Positions 9,400 to 16,556 of a stretch of DNA of 64,000 bases are shown here, piece by piece; within the stretch, counting starts at the first letter, position 1, and each line of letters begins with the position of its first letter. The DNA comes from Chloroflexota bacterium (GTDB taxonomy: Bacteria > Chloroflexota > Anaerolineae > Anaerolineales > E44-bin32): positions 5,594 through 69,593 of the forward strand of contig JADFRQ010000002.1 of NCBI GenBank assembly GCA_022561215.1, given 5' to 3'. The notes below the pieces were generated by a model. The model ran no database searches and had not been told where the DNA came from. It saw nothing but the letters and a program-made list of their open reading frames with translations. Made by a program: the position numbers and the translations under genes.

Positions 9400-10626
9400 A
9401 TGAAAATTAGCGACCAAGTTAATCTGCTTATGCAGGGAACCGAATATGGCGACGAGAAGCTTAAGCAGGCTATGGCGGATGAACTCAAAGACCGTCTCAT
9501 CTTGGCACAAAGTGAGAATCGACCGCTACGCGTCTATTGTGGATTTGATCCACGCACGTCCGATCTGCATATTGGTCACACCGTCCCCATCCGAAAAATG
9601 CGCCAATTCCAGGAGCTCGGCCACGAGGTCATCTTCGTAATCGGCAGATTTACGTCGCTGATCGGAGATCCTTCGGATAAAGATGTCGTGCGCGCACAAA
9701 TAAGCGCTGAGGAAGCGACGCTTAATGCTGAATCCTATGCCCAACAATCGTTCAAGATCTTAGATCCAGATAAAACCAGGGTTGAATACAACGATACTTG
9801 GCTATCGAAACTTAATTTTGCGGATGTCATTCGCCTGGCGCGAAATTTCACTATACAGCAGTTTCTATCAAGAGAAAATTTCCGCAAGCGTTTTGATCAA
9901 GGGGAACCAATCTACCTGCACGAAACATTTTATTCGTTGATGCAAGGTTATGATGCGCTGCACCTGAAAACGGATGTGCAAATCGGGGGTTCCGACCAGT
10001 TATTCAATATCATGACCGCCGCTCGGAAAATTATGAGCGCCAATGGTGAGAAGCCCAATATCGCTATCATCAATGGAATTCTCCCCGGAACAGATGGGGT
10101 GGTGAAAATGAGCAAGTCTCTGGGCAACCATATCCCCCTTAATAGCACCCCCGAGGATATGTATGGCAAGGTGATGAGCGTACCCGACAAAGCGATGGGC
10201 CACTACTTTCGCCTTATCACGCGCTGGTCGCCGGAGGAGATTGAGCAGATCGAGGGCAAATTGGATTCCGGGGACGTTAGTCCGCGCGATATTAAAATGT
10301 CTCTCGCTCACGAAGTGGTGGCGATTTATCACGGTGACCAAGAAGCCGCCGCAGCAGAAGATGAATTTCGGCGCATATTCCAGGAACGAAAAGTGCCGGA
10401 AAATATGCCTAAGGTGGAGATCTCAGGATCGATAGCTCTCTTCAAATTAATGGTTGCCGAAGGCCTGGCAAGCAGCAACAGCGAAGCCCGCAGACTGATC
10501 CAGCAACGCGGTGTGAGTTTGGATGGCAAGGTGATTGACGATATCAAGGCCGAAGTGATGATCGAGACCCCCCAGGTTCTTAAGGTCGGCAAGAGAAAGT
10601 TTATCCAATTGGTGCCGAAATCTTGA
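9400..10626 (+). CDS. tyrS: Tyrosine--tRNA ligase
   Basis: It carries the YCGFDPRTSDLHIGHTVP (HIGH) and VKMSKSLGN (KMSKS) motifs. A C-terminal S4-like domain is present (SNSEARRLIQQRGVSLDGKVIDD). The start is set at ATG 9400, with GGAGAG 7 nt upstream. The track ORF starts at 9328. Confidence 0.9.
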   Translation: MKISDQVNLLMQGTEYGDEKLKQAMADELKDRLILAQSENRPLRVYCGFDPRTSDLHIGHTVPIRKMRQFQELGHEVIFVIGRFTSLIGDPSDKDVVRAQISAEEATLNAESYAQQSFKILDPDKTRVEYNDTWLSKLNFADVIRLARNFTIQQFLSRENFRKRFDQGEPIYLHETFYSLMQGYDALHLKTDVQIGGSDQLFNIMTAARKIMSANGEKPNIAIINGILPGTDGVVKMSKSLGNHIPLNSTPEDMYGKVMSVPDKAMGHYFRLITRWSPEEIEQIEGKLDSGDVSPRDIKMSLAHEVVAIYHGDQEAAAAEDEFRRIFQERKVPENMPKVEISGSIALFKLMVAEGLASSNSEARRLIQQRGVSLDGKVIDDIKAEVMIETPQVLKVGKRKFIQLVPKS

Positions 10627-11138
10627 AGTTCAAGTTGAAAAAGCGCTTTTGAAGGGGACCATTATGTTGATGCCCGGTGCTGAGCCAGCTACCCAACTTG
10701 CCAATACCGCATATCTACGGGTAACCATAACGAGCACTGGAATGCGATGGCCATTCGCTTTGACTAGGGCTGAATCAAAGGGTATTGGAGGGCTTTTGTA
10801 GACAGCCCCTATTTATTGTTGGATGGCGAGTTTCAACCACAACTTTGTTCAGTTACCCGCCCTGGGAAAGCGAGTGTGCGCCCAATAATGGGAACCTGGG
10901 CTATGATGCGCACTGAAAATCCATCGCACATACGAATCGAACTTAATGTTTCGAATTCTGGAGTACCGAAGGTCTGGCTCCTGCCTGTGCTTCGCACAGG
11001 TGGCGCAAGCAGAGGCCAATGCCATGCTCAGGATGCGTACTCCACATTCATCCTACTGTACTCTCGGTCAGGTATGGAAACATGGGCTACGATTATTATT
11101 GCCGCTTGCCCGCACAACCTAAATTTGGATGAAAACCT

Positions 11139-12608
11139 TCACCCCTTTATCACCGCCACCGGGCGTAAGCGGGCTACTTTTTTGGCAATTCCGGCCTGTG
11201 TGACGACGTTTACAACCGCATCCACATCCTTATAGGCGTGCGGGGCTTCCTCGGCCAGACCCGCCATTGAACCCGCATGAATCCGAATCCCTTTTTTCAT
11301 CAGCTGCTTGCGCAATTGATCGCCGCGAATGCTCTTTTTGGCCTTCTTTCTGCTCATCGTGCGCCCCGCCCCATGGCAAGTCGAGCCGAAAGATTGCAGC
11401 ATACTACCTTCGGTTCCGAGTAAAACCCAGGATGCTGTCCCCATGCTCCCCGGCACGAGAACAGGCTGTCCGAGGTGGCGATATTTTTCTGGCAATTCCG
11501 AAAAACCGGGCCCAAATGCGCGCGTGGCGCCTTTTCGATGCACACAGACTCTGACCTGCTTTCCTTCGATCTGATGATCTTCAATTTTTCCCATGTTGTG
11601 GGCAATGTCATAAACTTGAGTGAGCTCGTAATTGGCAACCTTCCCTGCAAACGTCTGTTCAAATGCGCGCCGTGCATGAGAAACCAATACTTGCCGATTC
11701 GCAAATGCATAATTTGCAGCACACGACATTGCCGAAAGGTACGCCTCGCCTTCGGGTGAGTTGAGTGGTGCACATACCAACTCGCGATCGGGCAGTTGAA
11801 TCTTGTATTTTCGCACTGCAGACTGCAAATCGCGCACATAGTCGGAACAAATTTGATGGCCAAAGCCACGCGAGCCGCAATGGATTTGGAGCACAAGATA
11901 TCCTTCACTCAGATTCATCGCTTCGGCGGCTTCATGATCAAATATTTTTTCGACAAGGTCGACTTCTATGAAGTGATTCCCACCGCCCAAAGTCCCGAGC
12001 TGGGAGCGACCCCTTTCCATCGCGCGAGGGCTCACATCGCGTGGATCCGCATTGCGGATGCGCCCATGTTCTTCCGTCGATGGAATGTCATCCTCCCAGG
12101 CATAACCATTATTCAGCGCCCAGTTGGAACCATTCCTGCATACGTCCTCTAGATCATCAACGCTCAAGCGAACACTCCCTTTAACACCGACTCCGCTGGG
12201 ACAGTTTTCGTCGAGCTGCAGGGCGAGGTCATCCAGGTACGGTTCTGCCTCTTCGTACGCTATTTGACTCGCTAACAAGCGCACTCCGCAGTTAATGTCA
12301 TAACCGATCGCGCCAGGCGAAATGACACCTTCGGGGTAAGAGGTCGCCGCTACTCCGCCAATCGGAAATCCATAACCCTGATGGACATCAGGCATCACCG
12401 TGACATGGCTGACGAGTCCAGGCAATGTGCTGGCATTTACAGCTTGGGTGAGCGATTTATCTTTAAGGGCTGCGTTTAGTAGCCGTTCATCTGCAAATAT
12501 TCTTACGGGAACGCGCATATCCTTTCGATAGGTTTTGGGGATTTCCCAGGTCACCGGTCCGGTGCGAACTACATCTCCCTTGTTAATCATTGTGCCAACC
12601 CCTCTCAT
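11139..12608 (-). CDS. rtcB: RNA-splicing ligase RtcB (3'-phosphate/5'-hydroxyl RNA ligase)
   Basis: Recognised motifs are [44 protein letters not shown] and CHGAGR. The start could alternatively be ATG 12590 (MINKGDV). Confidence 0.92.
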   Translation of the reverse strand: MRGVGTMINKGDVVRTGPVTWEIPKTYRKDMRVPVRIFADERLLNAALKDKSLTQAVNASTLPGLVSHVTVMPDVHQGYGFPIGGVAATSYPEGVISPGAIGYDINCGVRLLASQIAYEEAEPYLDDLALQLDENCPSGVGVKGSVRLSVDDLEDVCRNGSNWALNNGYAWEDDIPSTEEHGRIRNADPRDVSPRAMERGRSQLGTLGGGNHFIEVDLVEKIFDHEAAEAMNLSEGYLVLQIHCGSRGFGHQICSDYVRDLQSAVRKYKIQLPDRELVCAPLNSPEGEAYLSAMSCAANYAFANRQVLVSHARRAFEQTFAGKVANYELTQVYDIAHNMGKIEDHQIEGKQVRVCVHRKGATRAFGPGFSELPEKYRHLGQPVLVPGSMGTASWVLLGTEGSMLQSFGSTCHGAGRTMSRKKAKKSIRGDQLRKQLMKKGIRIHAGSMAGLAEEAPHAYKDVDAVVNVVTQAGIAKKVARLRPVAVIKG

Positions 12609-12638
12609 ACCGAGTCAAGATGATAGTGATGATGTGAT

Positions 12639-12689
12639 GTCATTCTGAGGAACGAAGGCGCTCCCTAAGACGAAGCGCTGAAGAATCTC
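12639..12689 (+). repeat. GTCATTC...GAAGAATC hairpin repeat, copy A (between archease and rtcB)
   Basis: The copy reads gtcattctgaggaacgaaggcgctccctaagacgaagcgctgaagaatctc. It shares both termini with copies at 32875, 47234 (minus strand) and 62626. Confidence 0.7.
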
Positions 12690-12808
12690 GTTTTCCGATG
12701 AAAAATTTCTTGTCATGCGCAAAGAGATCCCCTCGTTCTTTGAAAGGCCTTTGCATCCGCTGCGCTTGGGCTCAGATGGGCACCCATCACATCCGCCATG
12801 ACTGAATA

Positions 12809-13219
12809 CTAGACATCGAATACTACAATCGCCTCCAAACTCCCTCGAGTACCCTTAATCTCCAGTCCATGAAAGGTTACCCCTTTGATTTCTTTCTCGA
12901 TGGAGGAGATAGGGACTTCGGTAAATTTTGATATCAAGCTTGAATTTTCCTCCACAGCAAGCTCCAGGTTGGTTACTCCCACTGAGCGCATTTCAACCCC
13001 GTACAACAGTTCCTCCAGCCAGGCAACGAGCAGTTCTTCAAGATCAAAGGCCTCGAGGTCAATTTTACGATCGAGTCCCCCATCGTCAGCAAGCTTAACA
13101 CCCATTAAATCGAACATTCCAAGAGTGGCACTGTGAAATAGATGGGAAAGCGAAGCACCGTTAATTTGCAAGGCCCAATCCGCGGTGTGTTCAAGTTCAT
13201 AAAATTCGGGGAGTTCCAT
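12809..13219 (-). CDS. Archease (RtcB activator/chaperone)
   Basis: The sequence FYELEHTADWALQINGASLSHLFHSATLGMFDLMG .. KGVTFHGLEI fits the archease pattern and size. The product is 137 aa from ATG 13219. The longer track ORF (to 13318) would overlap the divergent FHA gene. The gene lies directly upstream of rtcB. Confidence 0.8.
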   Translation of the reverse strand: MELPEFYELEHTADWALQINGASLSHLFHSATLGMFDLMGVKLADDGGLDRKIDLEAFDLEELLVAWLEELLYGVEMRSVGVTNLELAVEENSSLISKFTEVPISSIEKEIKGVTFHGLEIKGTRGSLEAIVVFDV

Positions 13220-13225
13220 AATATC

Positions 13226-13231
13226 AGTATA
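13226..13231 (-). promoter_or_regulatory. TATACT -10-like box 6 nt upstream of the archease ATG (leaderless-start candidate)
   Basis: The minus strand reads cataCTATACTgatattATGGAACTC, with no SD in between. Confidence 0.3.
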
Positions 13232-13266
13232 GTATGAATCGAGCTTGTAGAAGCTCGGAGCTCGCG

Positions 13267-13272
13267 TATAAT
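13267..13272 (+). promoter_or_regulatory. TATAAT -10 box 7 nt upstream of the ATG at 13280 (leaderless-start candidate)
   Basis: The sequence is cgcgTATAATccggaacATGGAAAAT. A weak TTGTAG lies 16 nt upstream. No SD is present. Confidence 0.35.
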
Positions 13273-13279
13273 CCGGAAC

Positions 13280-14128
13280 ATGGAAAATGAGTGGAGCCGG
13301 CTTGAAAAGCTTATTCACGGCTCAATTGAAAAAACATTGACCAGTTCTTCAAGCGAAGTCGCCTCCATCGAAACGATCGCGCGTCAACTCACCGAAGAAA
13401 TTTCCTCTTCCGCTCGCCTTGACAAAAAGGGCCGCAGCTATGCCCCAGATCAATATACGCTGAGCTTAAACCCGCTCGACTACGAGTACTTGCGCAAGAT
13501 TGCCCCAAAAACACAGTGGGAACTTTCTGCTGCACTGCTCATTGCTTTTCAGGCCTCGGAACTTTCTTATCTGCAAAAACCGCAAATCACTTTGGCGACA
13601 GATCCCACGCTATCCCGGGAAGAAATTCGCGTCATTGCCTGGCACAGCAGCGATCCGCTGCTATTCAATAACGAATTAGATGATGAACAATCTTCGTCCT
13701 CTGTAGAGGCTCCTGTAGGAGCGTTCCTCATCATCGAAGGGAAGCGCCATTTTCCGCTCGGAGAAAACATCGTGCAAATTGGAAGGCGCTTGGATAATCA
13801 CTTAATTCTTGAAGATCGTCATGTCTCCAGAGCGCATGCGCGTCTCGAAGTAGTAAGCGGCCGTTATCGAATTGTTGATCTCGACTCGACGGCAGGAACG
13901 AGAGTTAACGGCCGTTTAATAAATCGGCATACGCTTCGCCCAGGCGATATCATCTCCATAGCTGCAGTACAGCTGATTTATGGCGAAGATCCTCAAGGAC
14001 CTCCCGAAGTTACCCCGCCGTACAAACCACAGGTAGATAAGGGTCCCCAGCGTGATCAAGTTACTCCCCTCAATTTAGAGGCGACGCACATCAAACCGAC
14101 GGCGCCGTATAACAAAGGCAAGCCATAG
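13280..14128 (+). CDS. FhaA-like FHA-domain protein (DUF3662-like N-domain + linker + C-terminal FHA)
   Basis: The C-terminal FHA core reads IVQIGRRLDNHLILEDRHVSRAHARLEVVSGRYRIVDLDSTAGTRVNGRLI. The N-terminus (LEKLIHGSIEKTL..APDQYTLSLNPLDYEYL) resembles the FhaA N-terminal domain. Confidence 0.8.
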   Translation: MENEWSRLEKLIHGSIEKTLTSSSSEVASIETIARQLTEEISSSARLDKKGRSYAPDQYTLSLNPLDYEYLRKIAPKTQWELSAALLIAFQASELSYLQKPQITLATDPTLSREEIRVIAWHSSDPLLFNNELDDEQSSSSVEAPVGAFLIIEGKRHFPLGENIVQIGRRLDNHLILEDRHVSRAHARLEVVSGRYRIVDLDSTAGTRVNGRLINRHTLRPGDIISIAAVQLIYGEDPQGPPEVTPPYKPQVDKGPQRDQVTPLNLEATHIKPTAPYNKGKP

Positions 14129-14285
14129 ACTATTTTCTCGATATGCCGTCGAGAACAGACACGCCGTGCCATTGATTCTTACATTCGAATTCGATCGATT
14201 GCAAAACTTTTGCCCCCGCCAACTTCTGATCCAGCATGGTAGTATCGGATAGTATTAACCAACCGATAATAAAAAGTGAATTGGC

Positions 14286-15068
14286 TTGTCTATGAGAGAT
14301 CCACTTTTACAACTTGAAACCAAACTAAAACATTGGATCGAGGGTTCGATAGAAAAACTTCTAACCCCCAATATTTCCCCGGCTACACTTGCCAGGCACC
14401 TGGCTCTGGCGATGGAGCAAGGTTTGCAAGCCGATGGAAATGGTATTCAGCGCGCCCCAGATACCTATCAAGTATTTTTGCATCCTCAGACACTCGAATC
14501 GCTTAATTCGGTGGCGCCCGAGTTATGTGAAGCTCTTTCGAAAGGGCTCAATAAAATCGCTCTAGGGCAAGGTTTTCGACTGGCGGTTGTGCCCCAAATA
14601 AAACTCCTGCCTGATTCGTCGCTCTCCGAGCGGGAAATTATTGCCAGAGCGGGGCATAAAACCTCACCACTGGATCAGACGCGCGGCTATCGATACGATC
14701 AAATTGAGAATAAATCGAGCATGCCTCCCGGCGCATTTCTCATTGTTGATGGTGGAAAGCATATTGCGCTGACGAAACCAGTGATTAACATCGGACGTAG
14801 AAGCGATAACCAGGTAGTGCTCAATAAGCCACAAGTCTCGAGAATCCACGCTCAGATTCGATTGAAGCAAGGTCGATTTGTGTTGTTTGATGTTGGTTCC
14901 AAGTCGGGAACGTACGTGGACGGTATTCCTGTGAAGCAACACATCCTTCAACCGGGTGACGTAATTACGATCGTCAATATTCCCCTGGTGTACGGGGAGG
15001 AGCAAGAAATAACCCCGGATGAGACCAAACGCTTCCCCCCTGTTCAGCCACGGAAAAAAACCATATAA
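14286..15068 (+). CDS. FhaA-like FHA-domain protein, paralogue 2
   Basis: The architecture is the same as the previous gene. The N-terminus reads LETKLKHWIEGSIEKLL..APDTYQVFLHPQTLESL. The FHA core reads VINIGRRSDNQVVLNKPQVSRIHAQIRLKQGRFVLFDVGSKSGTYVDGIPV. The track start is TTG 14286, and the first ATG is at 14292. Confidence 0.8.
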   Translation: MSMRDPLLQLETKLKHWIEGSIEKLLTPNISPATLARHLALAMEQGLQADGNGIQRAPDTYQVFLHPQTLESLNSVAPELCEALSKGLNKIALGQGFRLAVVPQIKLLPDSSLSEREIIARAGHKTSPLDQTRGYRYDQIENKSSMPPGAFLIVDGGKHIALTKPVINIGRRSDNQVVLNKPQVSRIHAQIRLKQGRFVLFDVGSKSGTYVDGIPVKQHILQPGDVITIVNIPLVYGEEQEITPDETKRFPPVQPRKKTI

Positions 15069-15082
15069 AAGGGCTTTAAGCG

Positions 15083-15547
15083 ATGAATCCAGTTGAAGTA
15101 CTCCTCATTCTTCGCCTGGGAATTGGCGTTTTTCTCATGGGTTTCTTATCGTTATTGCTCATATTCCTCTGGAAGGATCTAAAATCTCCAGACGCGCGGG
15201 AGCAGATGGCGCCCACAGCACATTTGCGCACGCTCGAAGGTGAAAACCTGCAGATTTACTATGCCCTTGAAGAAAATAATCTTCTCGGGCGCGCGGAGGA
15301 CAACACCCTTACGTTTAGCGAGGCAACCGTCTCTGCATATCATGCGCGTCTGTCTTGCCAGCGGGGAATATGGTGGATCGAGGATTTAGGTTCTCATAAC
15401 GGAACACTACTCAATGAAATTCCTGTTACGGAACCGCTAATCCTTGGATTTGGGGATAGCATCCAATTTGGAGGCATAAAATTCGAATTTGCTCCGGGTT
15501 CACCTCCGAGTGCAGGGAATCAATTCGATAATCGAGACCAGAAATAG
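15083..15547 (+). CDS. FhaB-like membrane-anchored FHA-domain protein
   Basis: It has an N-terminal TM helix (LILRLGIGVFLMGFLSLLLIFLW). The FHA core follows: NLLGRAEDNTLTFSEATVSAYHARLSCQRGIWWIEDLGSHNGTLLNEIPV. Confidence 0.75.
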   Translation: MNPVEVLLILRLGIGVFLMGFLSLLLIFLWKDLKSPDAREQMAPTAHLRTLEGENLQIYYALEENNLLGRAEDNTLTFSEATVSAYHARLSCQRGIWWIEDLGSHNGTLLNEIPVTEPLILGFGDSIQFGGIKFEFAPGSPPSAGNQFDNRDQK

Positions 15548-15689
15548 GTTCCCGCGTGTCCATCCTGATCAACTTCAAATCGAGGCACAAATCCGGATTA
15601 TGGCGGTTTGATTTTGTACCTATGCGTCTGTTCGAGGGCATGGATTCGATTGAGGTACACTAACCCGGATCTACTCCCCTGGAGGAACG

Positions 15690-16556
15690 ATGAAAGGTAA
15701 TCCATTGCTCGGCATCATCGGTGGCTCGGGACTCTATTCGATGGAGGGCCTTGAATCAATTGAAGAGCTTGAATTGGAAACCCCGTTCGGCCAACCCAGT
15801 TCGCCGGTACTAACTGGCATCTTGAATGGAAAAGCGATTGCTTTTATCTCGCGCCACGGCCGCGATCACCGGCTGTCCCCGAGTGAAATTAACTACCGGG
15901 CTAACATTTATGCATTGAAAAAACTTGGCGTCGTCCAAGTCCTATCCGTAAGCGCATGCGGGTCGTTACGTGAGGATTACGCACCGGGGGATGTTGTAAT
16001 TCCTGATCAACTTTTCGATTTCACGAAGAAACGGAAGAGTACCTTCTTCGATAATGGATTGGTCGCCCATGTTGACGTTGCCGATCCATTTTGCACCCAT
16101 TTTTCCGCTACTGTTGCGGACAGCATTAACAAAGCGCAAGGCACCGTCCATCGTGGGGGAACCGCCATCACGATTGAGGGGCCTCGTTTTTCAACACGGG
16201 CAGAATCGAATACCTTTCGCGCCTGGGGAATGTCCATCATCGGTATGACAACCGCGCCCGAAGCATTTCTAGCACGCGAAGCTGAATTGTGCTACGCGGT
16301 GATGGCACATGTGACCGATTATGACGTTTGGTATCTTGCGCAAGAACCGGTGACGGTTGAAATTGTGCTTCGAATATTAAAATCGAATACGGCACTCGCA
16401 CTGCAAGCGATTTCACATCTGCTGAACCACCTCGATGAAAATCACACCTGTGAATGTACAAATGCACTAAATAGGGCGCTCGTTACGAACCCGCAAAATA
16501 TTCAAGCCGAGACGCGCGAGAGGTTGTCAATTCTTGTCGATAAATACCTTTCTTGA
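15690..16556 (+). CDS. mtnP: S-methyl-5'-thioadenosine phosphorylase
   Basis: The sequence follows the MTAP pattern: LGIIGGSGLY..TPFGQPSS..FISRHGRDHRLSPSEINYRANIYALKKLGV..SACGSLRED..PGDVVIPDQLFDFTKKRKSTFF. Confidence 0.88.
   Translation: MKGNPLLGIIGGSGLYSMEGLESIEELELETPFGQPSSPVLTGILNGKAIAFISRHGRDHRLSPSEINYRANIYALKKLGVVQVLSVSACGSLREDYAPGDVVIPDQLFDFTKKRKSTFFDNGLVAHVDVADPFCTHFSATVADSINKAQGTVHRGGTAITIEGPRFSTRAESNTFRAWGMSIIGMTTAPEAFLAREAELCYAVMAHVTDYDVWYLAQEPVTVEIVLRILKSNTALALQAISHLLNHLDENHTCECTNALNRALVTNPQNIQAETRERLSILVDKYLS

Noticed and set aside
10816-11235. A 139-aa plus-strand ORF in the tyrS/rtcB gap.
   Set aside because: Its 3' third runs antisense through the rtcB coding end. The composition is not protein-like, there is no SD and no motif was recognised.
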